Shown: piece after piece, positions 29,561-38,802 of the stretch | Layout: each line of letters starts with the position of its first letter | How positions within the stretch are numbered: position 1 is the first letter of the stretch | Assembly: GCA_021801565.1 (NCBI GenBank) | Contig: JAJYXV010000003.1 | Span: forward strand, 196,894-260,893 | Source: a bacterium | Lineage (GTDB): Bacteria; Patescibacteriota; Minisyncoccia; UBA6257; GWB1-50-10 | Direction: 5' to 3' | Length of the DNA stretch: 64,000 bases | Notes under the pieces: model-generated | What the model saw: only the letters and a program-made list of their open reading frames with translations | What the model was told of the DNA's origin: nothing | The model's database searches: none | Made by a program: the position numbers and the translations under genes

Positions 29561-30076
29561 TTATTTCCCTTCGGCTTTTAGTTTTTCTATCTCAATTGAA
29601 AGCTGTTTAATGCCCTGCTCTATTTTTTCAAGCGTAGTTTTTGTGTGAATTTCCATTTCTTCGTCTTCTTGAATCTCATCAATATTTTTTGAAATTTCAT
29701 CAACGTCTTCTTGAATTTCATCAACATCCTCTTGAATCTCATCAATATCTTTTGAAACTTCATCAACATCGGTTGTAATTTCTTCGACATCCTCTTGAAT
29801 CTCATCAATGTTTTTTTCAACCTCTTCTAAACTTTCGTTATGTCTGTTTACAGACATCTGAATGAAGATAGCGAGATAAATCGCTTCAAGAGAAACTACT
29901 GTGGTAAGAACAAGAAGAACTTCGTCCATGGGGACAATTTTGAGATATGGCAATACGATCGCAATTATGAAGATAATTGTATGAATAAAAAGGGAGGCAG
30001 AGGTGCCAATCCACTTGGTTGCTCTCAGTGAAAGATCTTGAGATGATCCGTTTTTGTTTTTCAATGCCGTCATCAC
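29561..30076 (-). CDS. DUF1003-like membrane protein with acidic heptad coiled coil
   Basis: LTTVVSLEAIYLAIFIQMSVNR followed by (EIQEDVD)n repeats. Confidence 0.75.
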   Translation of the reverse strand: MMTALKNKNGSSQDLSLRATKWIGTSASLFIHTIIFIIAIVLPYLKIVPMDEVLLVLTTVVSLEAIYLAIFIQMSVNRHNESLEEVEKNIDEIQEDVEEITTDVDEVSKDIDEIQEDVDEIQEDVDEISKNIDEIQEDEEMEIHTKTTLEKIEQGIKQLSIEIEKLKAEGK

Positions 30077-30166
30077 GGCTCAGTATATCACGAGAAAACG
30101 TCTATTGAAAGTGCATGATTTTAGTTTTAAAATCTAAAATAGTCTTACTTAACAAAGGAGGTCCTT

Positions 30167-30838
30167 ATGTGGACGTCACATATAATTCTTCTGTTTTTTG
30201 CTTTTTTCATCCCGTTTCTTATAGGAACAATTCCGGTTGGATATCTGTTAGGAAAAATAAAAAAAGTTGATATACGAAATCACGGGAGCGGAGGTACTGG
30301 GGGTACAAATGTCGGAAGAATTCTTGGGAGTTTCTATGGATACCTTACCTACATTATTGATGGATTGAAGGCATATCTTGCGGTTACTCTCGTGCTGAAC
30401 ATCTTTTTTCTCACTGCGACCAAAGAATATTCATACGACATGTCACTTGAATTATTACAGTTTATCTTCGGTATTTCTGTGGTGCTGGGAAATATATTTA
30501 ATCCGTTTTTATCGTTTCGCTCCGGAAAAGGCATCGCGACATCCGCGGGAGTGATATTGGGCATTTCGTGGGAAGTTGCTTCAATTGCACTTCTTGCGTT
30601 TTTTATTTTTGGTTTTGCAACTGAAATTATTTCCGTAGCTTCAATTTTTTCTGTTATAATTGCCGGGATTACTTCCACAATTCTGTATAATTTCTTTCAT
30701 GCCGTGTCCATATTTACTGTGTATCTCTGTCTTTCTCTTCTCCCGGTTATCTTATTTTCTCATAGAGAAAATATAAGGCGGTTGATAAAGAGACAAGAAC
30801 CAAAGTTTTCATTCAAAAAGAAAAACCCCTCCGATTAG
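30167..30838 (+). CDS. plsY: Glycerol-3-phosphate acyltransferase PlsY
   Basis: IP.GY, DIRNHGSGGTGGTNVGR, D.LK, F.SGKGIATSAG, HRENIRRL motifs. Confidence 0.88.
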   Translation: MWTSHIILLFFAFFIPFLIGTIPVGYLLGKIKKVDIRNHGSGGTGGTNVGRILGSFYGYLTYIIDGLKAYLAVTLVLNIFFLTATKEYSYDMSLELLQFIFGISVVLGNIFNPFLSFRSGKGIATSAGVILGISWEVASIALLAFFIFGFATEIISVASIFSVIIAGITSTILYNFFHAVSIFTVYLCLSLLPVILFSHRENIRRLIKRQEPKFSFKKKNPSD

Positions 30839-30848
30839 GGGGTTTTTT
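30821..30848 (+). terminator. Rho-independent terminator
   Basis: AAAAACCCCT-CCGATT-AGGGGGTTTTTT. Confidence 0.75.
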
Positions 30849-30899
30849 CATAAATTGAATTCTCCGGTTTTTTGGCATACGATATATGAAGTATTGGAG

Positions 30900-30986
30900 G
30901 GAGGGGTCGCATAGTGGTCTAGTGCGCAGTCCTGGAAAGACTGTATGTCAGAAATGGCATCGAGGGTTCAAATCCCTCCCCCTCCG
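30900..30986 (+). tRNA. tRNA-Ser(GGA)
   Basis: GGAGGGG/CCCCTCC acceptor, CAGTC-CTGGAAA-GACTG anticodon arm, long variable arm, GGTTCAAATCC. Confidence 0.95.
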
Positions 30987-30990
30987 CATT

Positions 30991-31308
30991 ATGTATTGGA
31001 TTATATTTATTCTTGGAATGCTTACTAGTTCCATTTTTTTATACTTTTTTGCTGGAAAATATGAGGGAGATAAGATTGAACGGTCAATTCGTCCAAAAAT
31101 TGGAATGTATAGAATTCATATTCATCATTGGATATGGAGTTCTGTCGTTTTTATTTTCTGTATAATTTTTGAGTTTTATCATCTATTTATTCTCGGTATT
31201 TTAATTGGGTTTATATTACAAGGACTTATGTATAGAGATAGATTTATTATTTTTTATAAAGATGAAGATTTTAAAAAGATTTATTCAAAATATAAACTTG
31301 ACAAATAG
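30991..31308 (+). CDS. Small membrane protein with HIHHW motif
   Basis: Start moved to ATG 30991 because the ORF-track 5' part is tRNA-Ser; three TM segments. Confidence 0.65.
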   Translation: MYWIIFILGMLTSSIFLYFFAGKYEGDKIERSIRPKIGMYRIHIHHWIWSSVVFIFCIIFEFYHLFILGILIGFILQGLMYRDRFIIFYKDEDFKKIYSKYKLDK

Positions 31309-31377
31309 CATATTTCTGTGTTAGTCTTAACAATAGAAAAGCTTTAATGTTCAAACAATTTAAAAAAGGAGAGTCGA

Positions 31378-31803
31378 GTGATAACTCGAATACGGAAAAA
31401 GATACAAATGCGAGCTGCAGAACTTACAGCTCTTATTGTCCAAGGTCTATTCTCGAGTGCGTCGACTTATGTGTATGAAGTCGTTTTTTTTACTATCGCA
31501 CAAGAAAAGTGGATCTTGGTTCGCTTAGTTTATAATGGAATAAAATATGCAACATTTTTTATTCCTGCAATATTGGATGATAAATTTAAAAGTACCTTTT
31601 TGAGAAAATGGGTGGCTGATGGACTTGCACTCACAATACATCAAGTTCCAATTTATATCATAAGTTCATTATTTTTTGGAATCGATGCCGAAAAAATAGT
31701 TTTTATCTCGATCATTTATTTAGTAGATAATTTTTCATTTGGCTGGGTCTATGGAGTTGTTCTTAGATGGGCGAGAGAAAAATTTATAACAAAGACCACC
31801 TGA
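31378..31803 (+). CDS. AlaE-like L-alanine exporter family protein
   Basis: VADGLALTIHQVPIY...G.D...I......GWVYG matches remembered AlaE pattern AD.LA...FQ.PVY...GAD......G.VYG. Confidence 0.55.
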   Translation: MITRIRKKIQMRAAELTALIVQGLFSSASTYVYEVVFFTIAQEKWILVRLVYNGIKYATFFIPAILDDKFKSTFLRKWVADGLALTIHQVPIYIISSLFFGIDAEKIVFISIIYLVDNFSFGWVYGVVLRWAREKFITKTT

Positions 31804-31822
31804 ATTTAGGTGGTCTTTTTTT
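31791..31822. terminator. Bidirectional terminator
   Basis: AAAGACCACCT-GAATTT-AGGTGGTCTTTTTT. Confidence 0.8.
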
Positions 31823-32102
31823 ACCTTACTGCGATGTCTTTTGGTACTTCCTTGAGTAAGATCACGGGCATATCTGGAGATATGTGCGAAAGTACGTCAT
31901 CAATCCGTCTTTTCACATTGTGCTTGCTATGAATTCCATATGTTCTTTTCACCTTCTTAAAAACATGAAATGGTCTCTTGGGATCCACCTCCTCTCCTAG
32001 GAGCGGTGCAACAATAAATTCGTCTCCAATTTTCAAATCTTCAAATTTCAAAATTGGGACATTTTTCATCACCTCATCGAGAGTTCGATTATTCATATCC
32101 AC
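31821..32102 (-). CDS. Hypothetical protein
   Basis: 93-aa ORF with AAGAGG SD and upstream TTGACG. Confidence 0.55.
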   Translation of the reverse strand: MDMNNRTLDEVMKNVPILKFEDLKIGDEFIVAPLLGEEVDPKRPFHVFKKVKRTYGIHSKHNVKRRIDDVLSHISPDMPVILLKEVPKDIAVR

Positions 32103-32202
32103 CTCTTTTTTTGTAAATAATATCTAAGTACAAAATACCACTTTTAATGAATCTGCGTCAATTTAAGTAAGTCTAAATAGAATATGTTGAAAGTATGTTA
32201 TT

Positions 32203-32670
32203 ATGATTTATATGATGAATCTCACATTTGATGAGCTTGGTAATGAAGAAAGAGAGTTATTAAACGAAGCCGAAAAAGCGATCACTGACGCATATAATCC
32301 ATATAACAGTCAAGCGCGTATCGGTGCCGCAGTACGCACAAAGTCTAATAAAATCATTGCAGGATCAAACATTGCAAACGTTTCTTCGACGGTAAATCTA
32401 TGTGCTGAACGCGCAGCATTCGCCGCCGCAAATGCAGAAGGTCATCGTGACATTATTGCGCTCGCGATTATCGGTACTGATGGTGATGGAGTTATAGAAG
32501 ATCCAATTATGCCGTGTGGAGTATGCAGACAGTTTATGGAAGAATATCTCACTATAAATGGCGGAGATATTTCAGTTATCTGTTCGAATAGTGCAAAAAG
32601 TAAAATTATAAAAACTTCTCTCAAAGAACTCCTCCCTCTTCCCTACGCCGGAAGTAGTGAAAAGAAATAG
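32203..32670 (+). CDS. cdd: Cytidine deaminase (homotetrameric type)
   Basis: AYNPY, GAAV, LCAERAA, PCGVCRQ, LKELLP. Confidence 0.88.
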   Translation: MIYMMNLTFDELGNEERELLNEAEKAITDAYNPYNSQARIGAAVRTKSNKIIAGSNIANVSSTVNLCAERAAFAAANAEGHRDIIALAIIGTDGDGVIEDPIMPCGVCRQFMEEYLTINGGDISVICSNSAKSKIIKTSLKELLPLPYAGSSEKK

Positions 32671-32691
32671 TGTAGAAATCTGAATTTTATT

Positions 32692-32729
32692 ATTGTCTAG
32701 TATGGAGCGATCGCTCCATACTAGACAAT
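32692..32729. repeat. Perfect 38-bp loopless palindrome
   Basis: ATTGTCTAGTATGGAGCGA|TCGCTCCATACTAGACAAT between convergent genes. Confidence 0.9.
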
Positions 32730-32736
32730 TTTCAAT

Positions 32737-33342
32737 TCAGGACAGATTTTTTATTGTTTCTACTAATTCAGGGAATTCTTCTTGTGTGAAGTGTCCCCTA
32801 TCTTTAAAAATCATTGCTTGGGCGCTCGGCAATGCTTTTTTATATTTCTCGCACTGAATAGGAAGCACTGAGGTGTCGTCTTGGCTCTGATAAAGAAAAA
32901 TTTTCCCTCCTTGTTTTTCAAATAATTCAAGTGAAGAAGGAAGTATAAAATCGACAAGCGATTCTTCATCGCCCTCGCCATCAAATGGCGCCGAAATAAG
33001 AATGGTAGCAGTTATGGTTTTTGGAAACTTATTTTCCGATAGATATTTTGCGAGAAATATCCCACCAAGAGAGTGTCCTACAAGAATTACTCCATCATCC
33101 AAGAATGGAACAAGTTTATCAAACCAGATTTTCCATTCGGCATATCGCGCATTGAGTGGATTCGGCATTCTTGGAAGAATGACGTCAAAATTATCTCCTA
33201 GTCTTTCCTGTAGTGTGGTTTTCCAATTTTCACCAGTGAAATAACTTAGATCATTAATTTCAAAACTTTTTAAAAAAGAAAGGTATTCTTCGTGTGTATC
33301 AAAACTATCTCCGCCGTGGATCACTACTATCTGTTTTTTCAT
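32737..33342 (-). CDS. RBBP9/YdeN-family alpha/beta hydrolase
   Basis: IHGG, MPNP..ARY.EW, GHSLGG nucleophile elbow, S.DD, GHF. Confidence 0.88.
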   Translation of the reverse strand: MKKQIVVIHGGDSFDTHEEYLSFLKSFEINDLSYFTGENWKTTLQERLGDNFDVILPRMPNPLNARYAEWKIWFDKLVPFLDDGVILVGHSLGGIFLAKYLSENKFPKTITATILISAPFDGEGDEESLVDFILPSSLELFEKQGGKIFLYQSQDDTSVLPIQCEKYKKALPSAQAMIFKDRGHFTQEEFPELVETIKNLS

Positions 33343-33346
33343 AGCA

Positions 33347-33751
33347 TTATGAATTAAGTGCGAATCTTATCTGTTTAATATGGTGGTCGAAGTGTGGTTC
33401 GCGCCCCTCGTCAAATACCCATTCAGAATAGTTGCTTTGCCGCACTTCATCTTCACCAATTCTATTAATTTCTTCTTCTAGAACATCTTGCCACTCTTTT
33501 AATTCGGCTAAAAGTTGTGAAGGAGAAAAATCTTTATACTCTTCATAAATTTCTGCATTAAAATCATCATAGTTATCAGTGTCCATAAACCACGGATCTT
33601 CACCATTTTCCCACGCCATTGGGAGTTTTTCCGCAATTTCTCTTTCCCACCCAACAAGATGAGATAGCACATCTTTTACTTTCCATAATCTTGTGACCGG
33701 CTTTTCCCAGTCCCCTGATTTTAAACTCTTAAAAAATGAAATGACATCCAT
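33347..33751 (-). CDS. DinB/ClbS-DfsB-like four-helix bundle protein
   Basis: W.VKDVLSHLVGWE, D.FN, H..HH pattern. Confidence 0.7.
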   Translation of the reverse strand: MDVISFFKSLKSGDWEKPVTRLWKVKDVLSHLVGWEREIAEKLPMAWENGEDPWFMDTDNYDDFNAEIYEEYKDFSPSQLLAELKEWQDVLEEEINRIGEDEVRQSNYSEWVFDEGREPHFDHHIKQIRFALNS

Positions 33752-33755
33752 GTTT

Positions 33756-34214
33756 TTATTTTAATATAAGTTTTATAACTCTTTCTATATTTCCCGACAT
33801 GTGGATTAATTTTGTTGGCTTAAATCCAATTTTTTCGTACCACAAACCTGGTTTTTTATACGCCAGGAATTCATGGATAACACATCCTTTCTTCATGGCC
33901 GATTTCATCATAACAAGATACAATTGTGTTCCAATCTTCTTTCCTTGATACTTCGGATCAACAAAAATTTCTCCCTCAGCAAGATGTTTTCCGTCCCACC
34001 ATGGTTTTATATAAGAAAAAAATGCTCCACAAATTTTTCCATCGTAAATTGCGGTGAAGCCAATAAATGTTTTTGTTTTTAGGTAAAATTCAAGTAGTGC
34101 CTTCGCTTGGGTAAGGTTCCAAGACTCATTATTATGTGTGGCATCATATGTCTTTTTATAGATCCCTGCCAACACCTTTATATCAGATATTTTTGTTTTT
34201 CTGATAATTATCAT
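33756..34214 (-). CDS. GNAT family N-acetyltransferase
   Basis: EIFVDPKYQGKKIGTQL acetyl-CoA motif, WYEKIGF. Confidence 0.85.
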   Translation of the reverse strand: MIIIRKTKISDIKVLAGIYKKTYDATHNNESWNLTQAKALLEFYLKTKTFIGFTAIYDGKICGAFFSYIKPWWDGKHLAEGEIFVDPKYQGKKIGTQLYLVMMKSAMKKGCVIHEFLAYKKPGLWYEKIGFKPTKLIHMSGNIERVIKLILK

Positions 34215-34243
34215 ATCTATTTAATTAAACCACAAAATATTTT

Positions 34244-34900
34244 CTATTTGAATCTTGGTTTTTTGATAACTTGTACTACCTTTCCGTTGATCATAAAATT
34301 GTCGTTTTCGTGAATATAAATTGGAGGAAATTCTTTTGTAGATTCGGACATAAGAACTACATAATTGTTTTCTTTATCGAAATGAAATTTTTTGATGTTT
34401 GCCATTCCATCGATAATTGAAAGTACAATATCTCCATTTTTCACGTTTTTATCATCCACATCCACAATGACATAATCTCCATCTTCAATTCGTTTTCCAT
34501 CTATTTTCGCTCGATTCATACTTGGTCCAACTACTTTCAAGGCAAATAGTCTCCTTTCACGAATACGTGCCGGCATGAGGAGTGAACTTGATATCTTCAA
34601 AAACCCCTCGATGTTAGTCTCAGCGAATATCTGTGCTGGACCGGCGTTTACTGCTCCTAAAATGGGTATAGTGAGGAGTTTTCCGTTTCCCGACATAGTT
34701 TCCCACTCCTGCTTGGTTTTCTTTATGAGCCCCCTTACCTTGTCAATTTTTATGAGTCCCTTCTTCTGAAGTTGTAACAGGTGATGTTTCACTTTCTGCG
34801 GCGACTTTTCGTTAATAAACGACCCAATTTCTCTTAGTGTGTGTTGCCCAAGATTTTTTGTTTGAGCAACACGGAGTAATTCTTCTTGTATTTTGTGCAT
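34244..34900 (-). CDS. lexA: LexA-like repressor (wHTH + S24 peptidase)
   Basis: TLREIG...SP..V.HHL.QL.KKGLI wHTH; VNAG cleavage site; GPSM catalytic Ser and NIKK Lys. Confidence 0.75.
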   Translation of the reverse strand: MHKIQEELLRVAQTKNLGQHTLREIGSFINEKSPQKVKHHLLQLQKKGLIKIDKVRGLIKKTKQEWETMSGNGKLLTIPILGAVNAGPAQIFAETNIEGFLKISSSLLMPARIRERRLFALKVVGPSMNRAKIDGKRIEDGDYVIVDVDDKNVKNGDIVLSIIDGMANIKKFHFDKENNYVVLMSESTKEFPPIYIHENDNFMINGKVVQVIKKPRFK

Positions 34901-34949
34901 GTGCTCATTATAGCATATTTTACATTTTCAAACCATTCCACCATAACTC

Positions 34950-34977
34950 TTGACGTAATATAGTAGATTTATGTTAA
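34950..34977. promoter_or_regulatory. Imperfect inverted repeat upstream of lexA-like gene (candidate operator)
   Basis: TTGACGTAA-N10-TTATGTTAA. Confidence 0.35.
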
Positions 34978-35126
34978 CGGATCCGCATTTTTACACTTAA
35001 ATACAAACAGCACCTAACGATATGGATGTAACTATGAGTCTCATCCTTATTTATCTACTTGTCGACTGTAAGAAACTCATCGAGAAGATGAAGGTTAAAA
35101 AAGGGATTAGAAAAAAGAAAATAATT

Positions 35127-35154
35127 AAAATCCCCTGAAACTACGGGATTTTTT
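35127..35154 (-). terminator. Terminator after htpX
   Basis: AAAATCCC-loop-GGGATTTTTT. Confidence 0.65.
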
Positions 35155-35157
35155 ATT

Positions 35158-36075
35158 TTATTGATTTCTTAGTGCCTTAATGCGTTCATATACCGGCGGA
35201 TGAGTCATAAACAGTTTATGGATAAATGAAATTTTCTGTTTATTCCCCTCTTCGTCTTGTTTATCAAACGGATCATCAAACCATAAATGGGAGGTTGTAT
35301 TATTTGCCACATTCAAGGGCGTACTGTCCTGTGAAATTTTTTCAAGTGCACTTGCGAGCCCTTCTGGATAGCGTGTGAGGAGTGCTCCCGACGCATCGGC
35401 AAGGAACTCTCTCTTTCGTGAAATCGCGAGTTGCATAAGCATTGCAACAATCGGAGAAATAATTGCGAGTCCAATACCAATGAGAACAAGTATATTTCCT
35501 CCCTGTCCCCCTTCGCTATCTCTATCCCGTCCTCTCGAAAAAAGCGAAGTACGAAGAAAGAAATCGGAGATGAGCGAAACAAATCCGACAAGAATCACTA
35601 TAATTGTTGAAATGAGTGTGTCGCGGTTTCCGATGTGAGAAAGTTCGTGTGCCAGCACTCCCTCCACTTCATTTTTATTTAATCGTTCCAAGAGACCTCT
35701 TGTGACCGCAACAACTCCGTGTTCCGGATCTCGTCCGGTTGCAAATGCGTTTGGCGCATCTTCATATATTACATAAAGTTTTGGCATTGGCAGACCGGCA
35801 GTGATTGAGAGATTCTCCACTATATTCCATAGTTGTGGTTCCTGTTCTTTTGTGACGGGAATCGCATTTGCCATTCGAAGTACTATTTGATCAGAATACC
35901 AATAACTCACATAACTCATTACACAAGAAAAAATAATTGCGAATAGTAATATTCCTGGGCTGTTATATATATACGAAAATCCCCATCCAATTCCGATGAT
36001 AATAATAAAAAAAACTGTAAATAACAGATATGTTTTTCTCACATTTGAATCCTTTTGTGTGTATAGCGTAGCCAT
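35158..36075 (-). CDS. htpX: Zinc metalloprotease HtpX (M48)
   Basis: PNAFATGR, AHELSH, SRKREFLADA, THPP. Confidence 0.93.
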   Translation of the reverse strand: MATLYTQKDSNVRKTYLLFTVFFIIIIGIGWGFSYIYNSPGILLFAIIFSCVMSYVSYWYSDQIVLRMANAIPVTKEQEPQLWNIVENLSITAGLPMPKLYVIYEDAPNAFATGRDPEHGVVAVTRGLLERLNKNEVEGVLAHELSHIGNRDTLISTIIVILVGFVSLISDFFLRTSLFSRGRDRDSEGGQGGNILVLIGIGLAIISPIVAMLMQLAISRKREFLADASGALLTRYPEGLASALEKISQDSTPLNVANNTTSHLWFDDPFDKQDEEGNKQKISFIHKLFMTHPPVYERIKALRNQ

Positions 36076-36114
36076 TAGACTAATTTTAAGTTTAAAATTT
36101 TAAATTTCAAATTT

Positions 36115-38097
36115 TTAACTTGCGCCTCCACCGCCGCCACCGCCACCTCCTCCGGCACCACCCGATCCTGTCCCACCAGCACCCCCGGTGCTTGCAAAAG
36201 CGTTTGTAAATGCAGATGAGAAGCTATTACTAAATAATACTGGAGAAAATGTGGCGTTAATTGATCCCGAGACCGCACCTATAACCGGGGTTGTTCCATA
36301 CCATTCTGGTGGCGGTATGTGCATTCCTTCAAATGTCTTCGACCACTGTTTTTCCACACCAAAAATCATTGCATAAGGAAGATATTTTTCGAACATTTCT
36401 GGTGTTAGATTTTTTACCCGATCCTTTTCAGTAACCGAAAGAAACATTTTAAATCCGAGTAATTTTTGCCTCATCTCTATTCCTTTCTCAGAAAGTTCCG
36501 CCTCAAATTTTATGAAACCCCAGAGTGCGAGTGAGGCACTGATACACGAAAGAAAAATAATCCAGAATTGGAAATGGGAATTTAACATAAATATATTTTT
36601 TCCTATCGTGATTCCGAGGATCATAAAAAATAGTGCGCCCATAAAAGATGGAATCATATATTTTTCCTTTTGTATTCCCCCGTTCAAAAACGCTCCCGTA
36701 TCTATATCAAGTTCCTTTAATATGTTTTCTTTAATTATCGTCATTTTTTGTGAAAATTCTCTTTGTTTTTCTTGATCTTTTTTCAATTCTTGAAATGAAA
36801 ATTTTTTCCATCCACCAAATATTACCTCAATATACTCCTTTTCAAAATCATGAAGATTATTGTCAATGGGTTTTATGAGCTCAAGCGTATAAAGTTTTTT
36901 GGTGTTCATAAGGAATGTTCGAATTATGGAGATAAAAACGATAACGGAAATTAGTTCAAAGATGAAGAGTTGCGGTGAAAACATATGCACCTTTAAAAAT
37001 ATAAAGAAGAAGGAACCTATCAGTATTACGAATATGATGATTATAATTGTTCTTAATACACCAAAAATATTGAGCTGTGACAGATAATTAGATATTCTTC
37101 CTTTATCCTCTTCATTTATTTTTATGTACCCGCGGACTGCAAGTGAAACAATGGTTGCTGCAAATCCTTTTGGAGATATATTCTCTTTCGTAATCCCCTC
37201 GGCATATATTGGAGGTGTGTTTTCCGGGGGCTCATATTCTGGAATAATTGTTCCCCTTCCTTTTTCTCTCTTTTTTCCTTTAAGCCAATGGAAGAGCCCA
37301 ATTATGAAAGCAATAAGAAAGACAAGAACTGAAAGTATATATCCAAATTTTAGGCTGACATAATCTCTAATGAATGAATTAAATGATGGGATGCCATTGG
37401 GCCATCCAACGTCTATTGTGAATGCTTCGCCTGAATAAAAATTTGAAGCATGAAATTGGAGCGTGTGCCGGTCGATACGAGTTTCTATGGCAGATCCACC
37501 CCCTCCTCGATACGAAGTAGAAATAATTTGAGTCGCATCTATTTCATTTGGAAGTCTTACTATCACCGTTGAATTTTTTATTGGAACAGTATAATCAGTA
37601 AAAATATTCCAATATAATCTTGTCTGGTCTTTTAAAAATTGAATACTTCCGTGAATGGTATATCGAATAACCCATTCGTGTTCTTCGTTTGATGCATCGT
37701 AATACCACTCAATAATCTGCTTTCCATTTTCTTTAAATATCGTGTATTTTCCCCAACTTGAAGGATCTTCTTTATTTAGTCTTCTTGATGAATATTCAAG
37801 TTCTTTTTGACTCCTTAAATCAAAAACGCTTATGTCCGAAATCTCTGAAATATCTTTGAGCGGAATTTCACGCCACCCCTGATGATATGTCCCAGAAAAT
37901 AAAAATTTCTGATGTTCTTCTACTTTGATTGTTGAGTCTTTATTTACTTCTATATTTGCGTTTATAGAGGTGTATTCATACGAACGCTCTTGTGCGAATA
38001 TTTTTTGCGGAAAAATAATACAAACAATAAAAAATATAGAAACAAAAAACACCCCCCATCCGAGGATACGACTCGTATGTCGGAGAGTGTTTTTCAT
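36115..38097 (-). CDS. DUF2207 membrane protein
   Basis: Signal peptide, LYWN, YLPYAMIFGV..W and Gly-rich tail; typical lemA neighbour. Confidence 0.85.
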   Translation of the reverse strand: MKNTLRHTSRILGWGVFFVSIFFIVCIIFPQKIFAQERSYEYTSINANIEVNKDSTIKVEEHQKFLFSGTYHQGWREIPLKDISEISDISVFDLRSQKELEYSSRRLNKEDPSSWGKYTIFKENGKQIIEWYYDASNEEHEWVIRYTIHGSIQFLKDQTRLYWNIFTDYTVPIKNSTVIVRLPNEIDATQIISTSYRGGGGSAIETRIDRHTLQFHASNFYSGEAFTIDVGWPNGIPSFNSFIRDYVSLKFGYILSVLVFLIAFIIGLFHWLKGKKREKGRGTIIPEYEPPENTPPIYAEGITKENISPKGFAATIVSLAVRGYIKINEEDKGRISNYLSQLNIFGVLRTIIIIIFVILIGSFFFIFLKVHMFSPQLFIFELISVIVFISIIRTFLMNTKKLYTLELIKPIDNNLHDFEKEYIEVIFGGWKKFSFQELKKDQEKQREFSQKMTIIKENILKELDIDTGAFLNGGIQKEKYMIPSFMGALFFMILGITIGKNIFMLNSHFQFWIIFLSCISASLALWGFIKFEAELSEKGIEMRQKLLGFKMFLSVTEKDRVKNLTPEMFEKYLPYAMIFGVEKQWSKTFEGMHIPPPEWYGTTPVIGAVSGSINATFSPVLFSNSFSSAFTNAFASTGGAGGTGSGGAGGGGGGGGGGAS

Positions 38098-38103
38098 ATT
38101 TAT

Positions 38104-38658
38104 TTAAAACTGAACCTTTACTGGTTGTTTTTCCGCTTCATTTTCAAGCTCAAAGAATTCTCTTTTCTCGAATTTAAACATTCCCGCGATTAGATTGTAT
38201 GGGAATATTTCAATCTTTGTGTTTAAGTCGCGCACATTTCCGTTATAGAATCTTCGTGCTGCCTGAATTTTATCTTCCGTGTCGGTAAGTTCGTCTTGAA
38301 GCTTTGTGAAACTTTCCACTGCGCGAAGTTGCGGGTATGCTTCTGCAATTGCAAAGATACTTTTGAGTGCTGAGCTTACCATATTATCCGCGGCTTCTTT
38401 TTCTTTTACCGATTGTGCTCCAAGTGCCTGTGCACGAGCTTTTGTGACATTTTCGAATGCCGCGTTTTCGTGCGTTGCATATCCCTTCACTGTTGCGACA
38501 AGATTTGGGATAAGATCATACCGACGTTTTAGCTGTACCTCAATATCCGCCCACGCCTCTTTTGTACGATTTACAAGGCGGACAAACCCGTTGTATGCGG
38601 CAATAAGCCATACTATAACAAGCGCAACAACGACCAATACGATTGTAAGAATACTCAT
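38104..38658 (-). CDS. lemA: LemA family protein
   Basis: AWADIEVQLKRRYDLIPNLV, AEAYPQL, ARRFYN. Confidence 0.95.
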   Translation of the reverse strand: MSILTIVLVVVALVIVWLIAAYNGFVRLVNRTKEAWADIEVQLKRRYDLIPNLVATVKGYATHENAAFENVTKARAQALGAQSVKEKEAADNMVSSALKSIFAIAEAYPQLRAVESFTKLQDELTDTEDKIQAARRFYNGNVRDLNTKIEIFPYNLIAGMFKFEKREFFELENEAEKQPVKVQF

Positions 38659-38673
38659 AATATAAAAATAATT

Positions 38674-38730
38674 TCAGCCCGAGGCTGATCCGCCCTCTTT
38701 TTGTTTTATACCGCCTTGGCGGATGGCGGA
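38674..38730. repeat. GC-rich nested palindromic (REP-like) element upstream of lemA
   Basis: TCAGCCCGAGGCTGA, TCCGCC...GGCGGA enclosing CCGCCTTGGCGG in an AT-rich spacer. Confidence 0.55.
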
Positions 38731-38770
38731 GACCTTTTATGAACAAATTATATACCAAAAATAACGAAAT

Positions 38771-38796
38771 AAAAAGAGCCAATGTGCGGCTCTTTT
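38771..38796 (-). terminator. Terminator after thyX
   Basis: AAAAAGAGCC-loop-GGCTCTTTT. Confidence 0.75.
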
Positions 38797-38802
38797 ATAC
38801 AT

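Noticed and set aside
29665-29815. 21-bp-period repeats as CRISPR or VNTR element
   Set aside because: Degenerate codon repeats of the EIQEDVD coiled coil, no unique spacers
30886-30990. N-terminal part of the 140-aa ORF
   Set aside because: It is the tRNA-Ser gene read in frame; real start is ATG 30991
34950-34980. Canonical dif site (TTATGTTAA arm)
   Set aside because: Spacer between arms is 10 bp rather than 6; treated as candidate operator/promoter instead
35022-35138. 38-aa ORF divergent from lexA
   Set aside because: No SD or nearby -10 box and it runs into the htpX terminator; not supportable
30900-35150. Integrative element at tRNA-Ser
   Set aside because: Accessory-looking genes follow, but no integrase and no duplicated tRNA 3' end was found
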